The notes: generated by a model from the letters alone, not told the origin. A stretch of 64,000 bases of DNA from an uncultured Dehalococcoidia bacterium (GCA_964560025.1 CAZLKC010000002.1:11602-75601), one strand, 5' to 3'. Numbered from the stretch's first letter, positions 24,926-34,078 are shown. Numbers and translations: made by a program.

Positions 24926-26095
24926 CTACTCCTGCACCGCCCGCCGGTAGAGGCGCTGCAACCCCAAGTGCTCGGCGGAGGAGAGGCGCGCCGAGGCCAG
25001 CGATGCGCCGGGGCGGACCAGCTCCCAAGCCTCGCGCGTGATGGTGTTGGCGGGCAAAGCAGGCAGGGCAAGGAAGCGGGCGAGGTTAGCCGCGCGAGCG
25101 TCGGCGCCGCCGTCGGCGGCCAGCATGGGAAGGACGGCTGCGGCGAGCAGCGTGCGCGCCCGCCCCGCCCCTAGGCCCGGCGCGGACAACGCGGAGGAAA
25201 GGGAGCGTTCGAGCGCCGCTTCCAGGCTCGCCGCCAGGCCTCGCCGCAGGTGGGGCGCGAGCGCGCGGGCAGCGCACTCGACGCGTGCGGCGGGATGGTT
25301 CTGCGGGCGCACGCCCGCCGTCCGCCACGCGCTCGGCGCCATGGGCGCCATCCCCGCGTAGCGCCGCCACTCGGCATTTGGCGGCGTCAGGCCGCTGCCC
25401 GCCAGCAGCAGGCTCCGCAGCAGTTCCGCGCCCGCCGCCTCCGGCGCCGAGCGCAGCGCCGCCGCCAGGAGCGCGGCGGGAAGCAGGCGCGCCAGTTCGA
25501 CGAAGGGGGCGCGGTTCTCTGCGTAGCCGAACCCGTCCATCAGCGCCTCGTAGAGCGCCTGGTCGGCGCCCAGGGCGGCGGCCTCGGCGACGAGGCGCTC
25601 GGCTCGCTCCGCGAACCACGCCTCGCCCGATGCGCGCAAACGCTCACGCAGCGCCGTGTCGTCCAGCGAGGCCAGCTCCGCGAGCAGGGGCGGCGGAGGC
25701 GAGCGGCGCGGGCGGCCGGGGCGGGAGCCGACAACCACCGTCGGCGTGTCGGGGGATGGGCCGCCGAGGCCGTCCTTGCCCACCACGTGGAGCACGACGC
25801 GGTCGTAGGCGGCGTCGGCGCCGTGGCCGTGCGCCTGCCAGCCGGAGGGCGCGCGGTGCACCTCGACGTCGCCGCGGACAGGCGCGCCGTCGATGGCGAG
25901 GACGGCGTCGCGGAAGTCGGGACCGTGGCCTGGCGCGGGCCGTCCGGGGTAGAGCACCTCAACGCGCCGCCCGTCCGTGGCGGTGAGCCGCCGCCCCGTC
26001 CTCGCGCGCCACAGCCGCGACAGCAGGCGTTCGGGCAGCGTCCCGCTCTCGGCGAGCCAGCGTGCGCCGCCGGACGCGAAGGCGTAGACCGTCAC
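24926..26095 (-). CDS. DUF2851-family protein
   Basis: 389 aa. RRVEVLYPGRPAPGHGPDFRDAVLAIDGAPVRGDVEVHRAPSGWQAHGH...YDRVVLHVV matches the DUF2851 N-terminal signature as I remember it. Confidence 0.65.
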   Translation of the reverse strand: MTVYAFASGGARWLAESGTLPERLLSRLWRARTGRRLTATDGRRVEVLYPGRPAPGHGPDFRDAVLAIDGAPVRGDVEVHRAPSGWQAHGHGADAAYDRVVLHVVGKDGLGGPSPDTPTVVVGSRPGRPRRSPPPPLLAELASLDDTALRERLRASGEAWFAERAERLVAEAAALGADQALYEALMDGFGYAENRAPFVELARLLPAALLAAALRSAPEAAGAELLRSLLLAGSGLTPPNAEWRRYAGMAPMAPSAWRTAGVRPQNHPAARVECAARALAPHLRRGLAASLEAALERSLSSALSAPGLGAGRARTLLAAAVLPMLAADGGADARAANLARFLALPALPANTITREAWELVRPGASLASARLSSAEHLGLQRLYRRAVQE

Positions 26096-26316
26096 CGCTG
26101 CTCCGGCGGGCGTCGCGCCGTGCGGTAGGGAGCGCGTTCCTCGGCGACCATGGAGAGCATGCGCTGCGCCGCGCCCTGGGGCGCGTGGAGGTTCAGCTCC
26201 CAGTCGCTCACCGTCTGCTGGCGCACGCCCAGCAGCGCCGCCAGGCGCCCTTGCGAGACGCCCAACCGGCGGCGCAGGCGGCGCACTTCCTCTCCGTTCC
26301 AGTCGGCGCGCTCCAT
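26092..26316 (-). CDS. XRE-family helix-turn-helix protein
   Basis: 74 aa. LRRRLGVSQGRLAALLGVRQQTVSDWE. Its stop overlaps the DUF2851 start by 4 nt. Confidence 0.75.
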   Translation of the reverse strand: MERADWNGEEVRRLRRRLGVSQGRLAALLGVRQQTVSDWELNLHAPQGAAQRMLSMVAEERAPYRTARRPPEQR

Positions 26317-26418
26317 GCGCCGACTTTACACGATATCAGGTAGCCGTGCGAATAAGAGGTAAGATTGCGGGGCTGGCGCCCGCGCCCCCACATTCCTAAA
26401 GGGGGTGCGGCGAGGGGC

Positions 26419-27201
26419 TTACGCGCGGACGGGCGTGTTCGGCGGCGGAGCGTTCTGCGAGGGCGGGCGCGCGCCCAAGTAGAAGTAGCGGAACGACTCG
26501 GCGTACTCATAGGGCGAGCCCTCGGCGTTGCGACGCGCCATGCCCCGCACGAACTCGTCGAACTCGGGCGTCGGGTTGCGCACCTGGCTGGCGTGGGCGC
26601 GCAGCGCCGCGATCTTCAACTCGATAGTCGTCGCGACGTCGACCTTGACGTTCGCCTCGCCGCCGCGACCGCTCACGTAGAGGTGATCGACCACGTGCGG
26701 CTCCAGCCCCTCGTCGCGGTGCATCTCCGGCCACATGTGGAAGTCGCGCGCCGAGGGGAATACGGCGTCCACGGTCGCGTCGCCGACGGCGCGGTGGTCG
26801 GGATGGTTGATGCGGTTGCCGACGAAGCGCGCCGTCGGGTTTTCCGTAACCACCGCCGAGGGGCGGTGGACGCGGATGAGGCGCGCCACCTCGCGCCGCA
26901 GGTCGAGCGTGTTCTGGAGCGTCCCGTCCTCGTGGCGGAGGAACTCCACTTCGCTCACGCCGAGGACGGCGCACGCCGCGCGCTGCTCATCCTCCCGCAG
27001 CGCCGCCAACTCCGCCGGATCTACGCCGCGGTCGGAGGTTCCCTTGTTCCCGTTGGTGGCGATGACGTAGACCGCCTCGCGCCCTTCGCGCGTCCACTTG
27101 GCCACCGACCCGGCGCACATAAACTCCGCGTCGTCCGGGTGGGCGACCACCACCATAATTCGCTCGCCGGGGCCGAGGTGCTCTTGGGGGGGAAAGGTCA
27201 T
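26419..27201 (-). CDS. PIG-L/LmbE-family N-acetylglucosaminyl deacetylase
   Basis: 260 aa. VVVAHPDDAEFMCAG and HPDH motifs. Confidence 0.8.
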   Translation of the reverse strand: MTFPPQEHLGPGERIMVVVAHPDDAEFMCAGSVAKWTREGREAVYVIATNGNKGTSDRGVDPAELAALREDEQRAACAVLGVSEVEFLRHEDGTLQNTLDLRREVARLIRVHRPSAVVTENPTARFVGNRINHPDHRAVGDATVDAVFPSARDFHMWPEMHRDEGLEPHVVDHLYVSGRGGEANVKVDVATTIELKIAALRAHASQVRNPTPEFDEFVRGMARRNAEGSPYEYAESFRYFYLGARPPSQNAPPPNTPVRA

Positions 27202-27215
27202 GGCTCTTGCCGCTC

Positions 27216-27965
27216 CTAGATGACCAGGCCGCCGTCGACGCCGAGCGTCTGGCCGGTTACGTAGGCTGCGTCGTCGCTCGCCACGAAGGCGCAGACGGCG
27301 GCCACGTCCTCCGGCGTCCCGAAACGGCCCAACGGGATGCGCTCCAGCACGCGGCTTTGCGTCTCCGCCGAGAGGTCCTCGACCATACGCGTGGCGATGA
27401 ATCCCGGGGCGATCGCGTTGACGGTGATGCCGCGCGAGGCCAGTTCGCGGGCGAGCGTCTTGGTCAGGCCGATCAGCCCCGCCTTGGCGGAGGCGTAGTT
27501 GGCCTGACCCGCGTTGCCCGTCAGGCCGACGATGGAGGACATGTTGACGATGCGCCCCCAGCGCGCCCGCGCCATATGGCGCGCCGCCGCCTTCGAGCAG
27601 AGGAAGGCGCCCTTCAGGTTAGTGTCCAGCACCGCGTCCCACGCCTCCTCCTCCATGCGCAGCAGCAGGCCGTCGCGCGTTACGCCCGCATTGTTCACGA
27701 GCACGTCGACGCCGCCGAAGGCGCTCACCGCCGCCTCCACCAGCGCCGCCGCCTCGTCCGGCTGCGAGACGTCGCCGCCGATGGCGACCGCCTCGCCGCC
27801 CCCCGCTACGATGGACGCGGCGGCCTCCTCGGCGGCGGCGCGGTCGGAGCGGTAGTTGAGCGCGACGCGCGCGCCCTCCGCAGCGAAGCGCAGCGCCACG
27901 GCGCGCCCGATGCCGTGGCTCGCGCCCGTCACCAGCGCTCGCTTGCCCTCGAGCGCCCCGCTCAC
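27216..27965 (-). CDS. fabG: 3-oxoacyl-[acyl-carrier-protein] reductase
   Basis: 249 aa. TGASHGIGRA, NNAG, Y-x3-K (YASAKAG), SDR family. Confidence 0.9.
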   Translation of the reverse strand: MSGALEGKRALVTGASHGIGRAVALRFAAEGARVALNYRSDRAAAEEAAASIVAGGGEAVAIGGDVSQPDEAAALVEAAVSAFGGVDVLVNNAGVTRDGLLLRMEEEAWDAVLDTNLKGAFLCSKAAARHMARARWGRIVNMSSIVGLTGNAGQANYASAKAGLIGLTKTLARELASRGITVNAIAPGFIATRMVEDLSAETQSRVLERIPLGRFGTPEDVAAVCAFVASDDAAYVTGQTLGVDGGLVI

Positions 27966-28957
27966 TCCGGCGCCTCCGTCTTGGCGAGCGCGGCGGCCAT
28001 CTCGCTGCGCATGGCGTCCACCACGCCCCTGTCCGCCACTTCGGCGGCTCGGACGATGGCGTTGGCGTAGTGGGGCGCCGTGGAGCGCCCGTGGCCGATG
28101 ACGACGACTCCGTTGACGCCGAACAGCGGGCCGCCGGCCAGCTCAGCCTCCGCCGCCAGGCCGCGTATGGCGCGGACGGCCTCAGCGTCGGCGCCAAGGA
28201 TGCGCGCCAGGTAGCGCCCGGCGGCCTCCGCCAGGCCCTCCGTGTACTTGAGCAGCACGTTGCCGGTGAAGCCGTCGCACACCACCACGTCCGCCTTGTC
28301 GAGGAATATCTCGTGCCCCTCCACGTTGCCGACGAAGCGCAGGCCGCTGCGCTCCAACAACGGATAGGCGTCTTGCACGAGGCGGTTGCCCTTCCCCTGC
28401 TCGCCTCCCACGCTGAGCAGGCCGACGCGCGGCTCGGCTATCCCTTGGTAGGCGCGGGCGAAGGCGGCGCCGAGCGCGGCGAAGCTGACCAGTTGGCCGG
28501 GGCGGCAGTCCACCTGCGACCCCAGGTCGATGACAGAGACACCCGGCGCGAGCGCGATGAAAGGGCCGCCGAGCGCGGGCCGCTCCAGCCCCTCGAACAT
28601 CCCCAGACTGAGCACGCTCGCTGCCATAGCCGCGCCCGTCGACCCCATGGAGACGAGCGCGTCGGCGCGCCCTTCGCGCACCAGGCCCGCCGCGACGGCG
28701 ATGGAGACGCGCGGGTTGGCGCGCAGCGTCCGCACCGGGTTCTCGCCCTCCGCCACCACGCCCTCCGCCGGGACGATCTCCGCCGCGCCGCGCTCCGCGC
28801 CCTGGCGCGCCAGTTCAGCCTCCAGCGGCTCGCGGTCGCCGACCAGCAGCACGCGCACGCCGCGCTCGGCGGCCAGCAGCGCGCCCTTCACCTGCTCGGC
28901 GGGCGCGGCGTCGCCGCCCATCGCGTCGAGGGCGACCGTGCGGCGTGCGTCCGTCAC
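27962..28957 (-). CDS. plsX: Phosphate acyltransferase
   Basis: GTG at 28957 (VTDARRTVALDAMGGDAAP...), SMGSTGA, CDGFTGNVLLK, GHG. Upstream part of the track ORF is Arg/Pro-rich. Confidence 0.9.
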   Translation of the reverse strand: MTDARRTVALDAMGGDAAPAEQVKGALLAAERGVRVLLVGDREPLEAELARQGAERGAAEIVPAEGVVAEGENPVRTLRANPRVSIAVAAGLVREGRADALVSMGSTGAAMAASVLSLGMFEGLERPALGGPFIALAPGVSVIDLGSQVDCRPGQLVSFAALGAAFARAYQGIAEPRVGLLSVGGEQGKGNRLVQDAYPLLERSGLRFVGNVEGHEIFLDKADVVVCDGFTGNVLLKYTEGLAEAAGRYLARILGADAEAVRAIRGLAAEAELAGGPLFGVNGVVVIGHGRSTAPHYANAIVRAAEVADRGVVDAMRSEMAAALAKTEAPE

Positions 28958-29343
28958 TGCGCCGCTCCCACCGACGCCTGGCCGTCGATCACCGCTTGGC
29001 CGTCCTGGTTGCGCACCGCCGCATCGTAGTGAACCGCGCCGTCCTCCTCGCTCCGCTTCGTTGCGGAGGCTTGCACCTTGTCGCCGGGGTAGACGGGGGC
29101 GCGGAAGCGGACGCGGAGCGAGCCGCTCTCCAGCCACCGTTCGCCGAACGCGTCCGTCATCATCTCCGAGATGAAGGCGAGCACGAGCATGCCGTGGGCG
29201 ATGGGCCTGCCGAACATCGTTTCGGCGGCGTAGGCGGGGTCGAGGTGGAGCGGGTTGTGGTCGCCGCTCGCGTCGGCGTAGGCGCGCAACTGCTCCAGCG
29301 TGATAGCGCGAGCCGCCCCTTCCAGCGCGTCGGGCGCGCTCAC
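28954..29343 (-). CDS. MaoC-like (R)-specific hydratase/dehydratase, hotdog fold (HadB-like)
   Basis: 129 aa. YADASGDHNPLHLDPAYA...IAHGM catalytic D/H motif. Confidence 0.8.
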   Translation of the reverse strand: MSAPDALEGAARAITLEQLRAYADASGDHNPLHLDPAYAAETMFGRPIAHGMLVLAFISEMMTDAFGERWLESGSLRVRFRAPVYPGDKVQASATKRSEEDGAVHYDAAVRNQDGQAVIDGQASVGAAQ

Positions 29344-29732
29344 GGTTGCTCCTTGACGCTGATGAGCGCGCTCGAGCGCATGGCCGGTGCGCCCTCCGAC
29401 TCGGCGGCGACGTCCAGCGTCAGGAAGCGCACGCCGCGCCGCACGCTGTTCTGCGCCACGGCGACGCTCACGTCGAGCGGCGCGTCCTCGGGCACGGCGC
29501 GCAGGAACGCGGCCTCCTGCGAGAGATGGACGGCGCCTTGGGGCAGCTCCACGGCGCGCATGGCGGCGCCCATCGCGACAGCGGCCACGGCCATCGCGGG
29601 CGCGAGGCGGCGGGTGTCGTAGAGCGCGTTGTGGTCGCCGACGGCGGCGCGGTAGGCGAGCGCGCGGTCGCGCCCGATCCGCAGCGACTCGCGGGCGACG
29701 GTCTGTCCTACTTGAAGGTCTGCGAGGTTCAC
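29340..29732 (-). CDS. MaoC_dehydrat_N-like hotdog protein (HadA/HadC-like partner subunit)
   Basis: 130 aa. YRAAVGDHNALYD, no catalytic His motif. 4-nt overlap with the downstream MaoC gene. Confidence 0.6.
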   Translation of the reverse strand: MNLADLQVGQTVARESLRIGRDRALAYRAAVGDHNALYDTRRLAPAMAVAAVAMGAAMRAVELPQGAVHLSQEAAFLRAVPEDAPLDVSVAVAQNSVRRGVRFLTLDVAAESEGAPAMRSSALISVKEQP

Positions 29733-29759
29733 GGGCGGCTCGAGGGAGTTGGCTGAGCG

Positions 29760-29765
29760 ATTATA
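29760..29765 (-). promoter_or_regulatory. TATAAT -10 box (minus strand) upstream of the hadA-like/plsX/fabG operon
   Basis: Reverse complement of attata is TATAAT, 27 nt upstream of the GTG at 29732. No convincing -35. Confidence 0.3.
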
Positions 29766-29792
29766 GCGCCCTCCGCCGTCGCGCCGCTCCCA

Positions 29793-29815
29793 TTCGCCCT
29801 GAGAGCAATCGAAGG
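29793..29815 (-). repeat. REP-like repeat, copy 4 (reverse orientation)
   Basis: ttcgccctgagagcaatcgaagg in the divergent hadA-like/MFS intergenic region. Confidence 0.55.
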
Positions 29816-29845
29816 ACGCGCTGGCGGTTCGCGTAGAATCGGCGG

Positions 29846-31153
29846 GTGAACGACAGGCGCGGCGGCGGAACGTGGGCGGCGCGGCTCCCCTTCTACTACG
29901 GCTGGGTGGTGGTGGCGGGGATGGCGTTGGTGGGCATGACCATCACGCTGATGCTGGGCGCGAACGTGGGCGTGTTCATCCGGCCGATGGGCGACGAGCT
30001 GGGCATCGGTTCGACGCCCTTCGGGTTGGCGCAGACGGCGCGGCTGCTGGCGTTCGCCGCGTCGGGCCTGGTGGTGGGGCGGCTGCTCGACCGCTTTGGG
30101 GCGCGGCTGCCGATGGCGGCGGCGGGCGCCGCGCTGGGCGCGGGAGTGGCGGCGCTGGGGCTGGCGCAAGAGGGCTGGCAGGTGATCGCGCTCTTCGCCG
30201 CGGTGGGCGTCATCGGTTTCCAGTCGGGGCAGGCGCTCTACACGACGGTGCCCATCGCGTCGTGGTTCGAGCGTAAGCGCGGCAGGGCGATGGCGTTCGC
30301 CTTCTCCGGCGTGCCGGTCGGGATCGGCGTGTCGGGGCCGCTCACGCAGGCGCTCATCGATTGGGTCGGCTGGCGGTCGGCGTGGTTCGCGCTGGGCATC
30401 GGCGGGGGCGCGGTCATCGTGCTGGCCGCCCTGCTGCTGGTGCGGCGCAGGCCGGAGGACGTGGGGTTGGAGATAGACGGCGGCGCGGCGGACGATGCCC
30501 CGGGCGCCGCGTCCGGGCGATCAGGGGCGGCGCGGGAGCATCCGTGGACGCGCCAGGAGGCGATGCGGACGCCCGCCTTCTGGATGCTGTCCATCGCGTT
30601 CGGCCTCTTTATGTTCGGGACGACGAGCCTGTCGGTCTTCCGCATCGACTTCTTCGTGGAGCGAGGGATCAGCCCGTCGGTCGCGGCGTGGAGCCTGATG
30701 GCGGACGCGGCGGCGTCTACGGCGGTGTCGGTCTCGGCGGGACTCTTCCTCGACCGCTTCAGCCTGCGCGCCATCGCCGCGTGGGGATTCGGCGTGCTGG
30801 CGGTCTCCTACGTAGTAACGATGACGACGGCGAGCGCGGGGCAGATGACGGCGGCGATGCTGCTGTTCGGCTTCGGCATCGCGACGGGGATGGTGGTGCA
30901 GAACGCCATCTGGCCGACCTACTTCGGGCGCGCCCACTTGGGGGCGATACGGGGGAGCGCCCTGCCGGTTACGCTCGCCTTCAGCGCCCTGGGCGCGCCG
31001 GTGGCGGGGCTGACGCGCGACTACGCGGGCGGCTACTACGCCGCGTGGTGGACGGCCATCGCGCTCTTCATCGCCGCCGCCGCGCTGATCCTGGCGACGC
31101 CGAAGCCGCGAGCGCCCGCGCAGGCGGGGGATGTGCCCGGCGCCGGGGGGTGA
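29846..31153 (+). CDS. MFS transporter (oxalate/formate antiporter-like)
   Basis: 435 aa, about 12 hydrophobic segments with a central cytoplasmic loop. GTG start 6 nt after TAGAAT (29834-29839). Confidence 0.85.
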   Translation: MNDRRGGGTWAARLPFYYGWVVVAGMALVGMTITLMLGANVGVFIRPMGDELGIGSTPFGLAQTARLLAFAASGLVVGRLLDRFGARLPMAAAGAALGAGVAALGLAQEGWQVIALFAAVGVIGFQSGQALYTTVPIASWFERKRGRAMAFAFSGVPVGIGVSGPLTQALIDWVGWRSAWFALGIGGGAVIVLAALLLVRRRPEDVGLEIDGGAADDAPGAASGRSGAAREHPWTRQEAMRTPAFWMLSIAFGLFMFGTTSLSVFRIDFFVERGISPSVAAWSLMADAAASTAVSVSAGLFLDRFSLRAIAAWGFGVLAVSYVVTMTTASAGQMTAAMLLFGFGIATGMVVQNAIWPTYFGRAHLGAIRGSALPVTLAFSALGAPVAGLTRDYAGGYYAAWWTAIALFIAAAALILATPKPRAPAQAGDVPGAGG

Positions 31154-31500
31154 GCGGCGCGCCGCGCTTTGCATGCGCCGGACGCCTCTTTGCGTATCGG
31201 GGCCTGGTCTCGTCGAGGTTCTCGCGGAGGCGAGAACAACGGATAGAGAGACGCGAGGGCGATGGATGACGAGGTGCGAGGGCGGTGGACAGAGGGTGAG
31301 GAGGCGAAGGTTTCGTTTTCTGCGCCAAAACGGTCCATTTCGGGCTCTTTACGGCGGGCCGGGTGGCTAGTTTTATCCAGCGGCATCCGGGTTTCGGCGC
31401 AGTTTTGCCCAACGATTGACCGGTTTTGTCCAAGGGCGGCGGGTCGGCCGGGTTCGGACTGCGTCGTGAGAGGCGAGTGGGGTCGGAGGAGTGAAGGTTA

Positions 31501-31600
31501 GCGACCATAGAACGCATTATCGCACGAATGTTCGGTTTTGGCAACAAAGAGATGTCAGAAAGGCGACGTGGCGCCCTTCGAGTTCCCTCAGGGCGAACGG
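31501..31600 (+). repeat. 100-bp 'promoter + REP' module, copy 1 (REP core 31572-31600)
   Basis: Gapless alignment to 34748-34847, 17 mismatches in 100 by hand. Confidence 0.75.
31516..31544 (-). promoter_or_regulatory. Sigma-70-like promoter on the minus strand: TTGCCA-N17-GATAAT
   Basis: Reverse complement of tggcaa (31539-31544) and attatc (31516-31521), spacer 17. No minus-strand CDS downstream. Confidence 0.45.
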
Positions 31601-31615
31601 GGCGGGGGACGGGGG

Positions 31616-32482
31616 CTAGGCGTCGCGCCAGGTGGCTTGGGGGCGCCAGCCTAGGACGCGCTTGGCTTTCTCGTTGCTGATGGGGGAGGCGCAGCCGGGG
31701 AGAGGGCGGGTGCGCTCGGCGTCGGGATACCAGCGGGCGAGCAGCGCCTCGGTCGGCTCGTCGAGCACGGTGTCGTCGGCGTTGATGAAGAAGGCCTCGT
31801 GCCCCGGCCAATCGGCCTCGAGGGCGAGCAGGCAGGAGTCGGCGGCCTCGCCTACGTCCGTCCACGACCAGAAGTTGCGCGCCTGGCGCTCGCCGTCGAC
31901 GCGTTTGGCGGGGTCGGCGTTCCACGCGGCCTGGCGTTCGCGCGTCCACAGGCCGTGGAAGCGCATGCTGGCGATCTGGACGGGGCGGCGGCGCACGAAC
32001 GCCTCGGCCATCTCCTCGCCCAGCCACTTGGATTGGGCGTAGGCGTCGGAGGCCTTGGTGGGCAGGCGCTCGTCGATGGGAAAATATTCGCGCGGCACGG
32101 CGGGGGCGAAGGAGGAGCCGACGGCGTTGATGGACGAGGCCATTACGATCTTGGGGACGCCGTGAACTTCCGCCGCCTGGAGCACGCTCCAGTTGGTCGT
32201 CATATTGATGCGGAAGACCTCGTGCTCGGGGCGTTGGACGGGGTTGGGGATGGCGGCCATATGGACGACGGCGTCGGCGCCGGTCATCGCGGCGAGCACC
32301 TGGCCGTAGTCGGTTACGTCGACGATGACGTGCGTCAAGGCCTGGCCGACCTCGCCGATGGCGGGCAGGCCCTCGGCGGGCGGGCGAACGTCGGCGCAGA
32401 CCACCGTGTGGCCGGCGTCGAGCAGGCGGCGGACGATGTGGGCGCCGGCGTGGCCGACGCCGCCGGTTACGAATACGTTCAC
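31616..32482 (-). CDS. NAD-dependent epimerase/dehydratase family protein
   Basis: 288 aa. VFVTGGVGHAGAHIV Rossmann motif, Y-x3-K (YAQSK). Confidence 0.85.
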   Translation of the reverse strand: MNVFVTGGVGHAGAHIVRRLLDAGHTVVCADVRPPAEGLPAIGEVGQALTHVIVDVTDYGQVLAAMTGADAVVHMAAIPNPVQRPEHEVFRINMTTNWSVLQAAEVHGVPKIVMASSINAVGSSFAPAVPREYFPIDERLPTKASDAYAQSKWLGEEMAEAFVRRRPVQIASMRFHGLWTRERQAAWNADPAKRVDGERQARNFWSWTDVGEAADSCLLALEADWPGHEAFFINADDTVLDEPTEALLARWYPDAERTRPLPGCASPISNEKAKRVLGWRPQATWRDA

Positions 32483-32525
32483 GTCAGCAACTCCTTGGTG
32501 GCATGCGCCATTCGTTCACCATCGC

Positions 32526-32963
32526 CTACGCCCAGCGGGTGGCCGAACGGGGGAAGTCCTGCTCGCGCCATGCGAGCGCCTTGGCGCGGTTCAGGCGGAA
32601 GAGGACGGCGGCGGTTTCGGGGGATACGCCGTACTTCGCCTCGTAGGCTTGGAGCAGCGCCGGGGCCGGGGGGCAGGTATCCATCGTCCCTTCGAGGATC
32701 ACTACGTCGTCGCCGCTTTCGAGGTGGACGACGGCGCGGGGGTCTGCGGTGAGGGAGCGCGCCTTGAGCGAGGCGGGGTCGGTGAAGAAGTAGAACGCGC
32801 CGTCGAACCAGAGTCCCCACACAGGGACGACGTGGGGGCTTCCGCCTGGGCGGGCGGCGGCGACCCAGTAGTTGCGGGCGGCGGTCAGGCGTTCTTCCAC
32901 CCACGCCCACGGGATTGGCTCGAAGCCGTATTGCGGGTCGCCCACGCCGTAGGCAGGGGGCAT
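32526..32963 (-). CDS. Pyridoxamine 5'-phosphate oxidase-family (FMN/F420-binding split-barrel) protein
   Basis: 145 aa from ATG 32963: ...RNYWVAAARPGGSPHVVPVWGLWFDGAFYFFTD.... The rest of the 716-aa track ORF is a high-GC artefact. Confidence 0.75.
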   Translation of the reverse strand: MPPAYGVGDPQYGFEPIPWAWVEERLTAARNYWVAAARPGGSPHVVPVWGLWFDGAFYFFTDPASLKARSLTADPRAVVHLESGDDVVILEGTMDTCPPAPALLQAYEAKYGVSPETAAVLFRLNRAKALAWREQDFPRSATRWA

Positions 32964-32983
32964 GGCGGGACGGCCGGGGGCGT

Positions 32984-34060
32984 TCACGCGGGCGCCTCGC
33001 TCGGGGCGGCAGCGGCGGAGGCACCGGCCTCGGCGGGAATCATGCCGAACGCTTGGGCGATGAGTTCGTAGGAGCGGGTGCGGGCGGCATAGTCGTAGGT
33101 GATGGTCACCATATTCACGTCGTCCGTCTCGTAGAGGCCGGCCACCTCCAGCAGTTGCGCCTTCACCTGTTGCGGGTCGCCGTCGATGTAGCCTGCGCGG
33201 AACTTGGCCATCCACGAGCGCGCCTCGTCCGTCAGCTCGATCGCCTCCGCCTCTTCCGGAGGGATAAGGCCGGGGCGCGAGGGGAGCGTCCAGCCCGCCT
33301 TGTTGAGGTTGCGGCTGGCGCCCAGGAAGAGGGCGCGCTCCTCCGTCTCGGCGCAGAGCGCCTGGACGGTTACGTTGACGCGGGGATGGTCGAGGTAGGC
33401 GGACGGCTTGAAGTTGCGGCGGTAGATGTCGGCGACGACGGGGCCGCGGTCGCGGATGTCGCCGAAGAAGTCGGCGAAGGCGAACGACAAGCCGAGGGTG
33501 GCGGCGAGTTGCGCGCTGTAGTCGCTGGAGCCGAGCAGCCAGACCTCGGGCAGCTCGCCGCTCTGCGGACCGGGCAGGGGGCGCACGTTGGCGAAGGGGT
33601 GCTGCGGGTCCATCGAGCCGTGCATGTAGCCGAGCGTGTCGAACACCTGCTGCGGGAACGCCTGCACGTCGGCGGGCGCCTTCGGGTAGGCGAGCGCGGC
33701 GGCGGTGAGTTGGTCGCTGCCCGGGGCGCGCCCGATGCCCAGTTCGATGCGTCCGGGGTGCAGGGCGTTCAGGACGCTGAATTGCTCGGCGACCTTGAGC
33801 GAGGAGTAGTGGGTGAGCATGACGCCGCCGCTGCCGACGAGGATGGAGGACGTTTCGGCGGCGATCTGTCCGACCATAATCTCGGGGCTGGGGCCTGCGA
33901 AGGAGCCGGAGGAATGGTGCTCGGCGACCCAGTAGCGCTTGTAGCCGAAGCGCTCGGCGTCGCGGGCGAGGTCTACGGTGGCGCGCAGCGCCTCGGCGGC
34001 GGTGCGTCCGCGCGGGATGGGCGATTGGTCGAGGACGCCGAGGTTGAGTTCCTGCGTCAT
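32984..34060 (-). CDS. LLM-class (luciferase-like) flavin-dependent oxidoreductase
   Basis: 358 aa. YKRYWVAEHH, GSGGVMLTHYSSLKVAEQF, GRIELGIGRAPG. Confidence 0.85.
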   Translation of the reverse strand: MTQELNLGVLDQSPIPRGRTAAEALRATVDLARDAERFGYKRYWVAEHHSSGSFAGPSPEIMVGQIAAETSSILVGSGGVMLTHYSSLKVAEQFSVLNALHPGRIELGIGRAPGSDQLTAAALAYPKAPADVQAFPQQVFDTLGYMHGSMDPQHPFANVRPLPGPQSGELPEVWLLGSSDYSAQLAATLGLSFAFADFFGDIRDRGPVVADIYRRNFKPSAYLDHPRVNVTVQALCAETEERALFLGASRNLNKAGWTLPSRPGLIPPEEAEAIELTDEARSWMAKFRAGYIDGDPQQVKAQLLEVAGLYETDDVNMVTITYDYAARTRSYELIAQAFGMIPAEAGASAAAAPSEAPA

Positions 34061-34078
34061 AGGGGGCGTTGCTCCGAT

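Noticed and set aside
31036-31501. ORFs inside the 460-bp gap (31036-31386 minus, 31131-31370 plus, 31262-31501 plus) as possible small proteins.
   Set aside because: They have no RBS, biased Arg/Pro/Ser composition and no recognisable family. Shared peptide fragments with the 34.4-34.8 kb ORF (…AIMRSM…) come from the repeated DNA module, not from a conserved frame.
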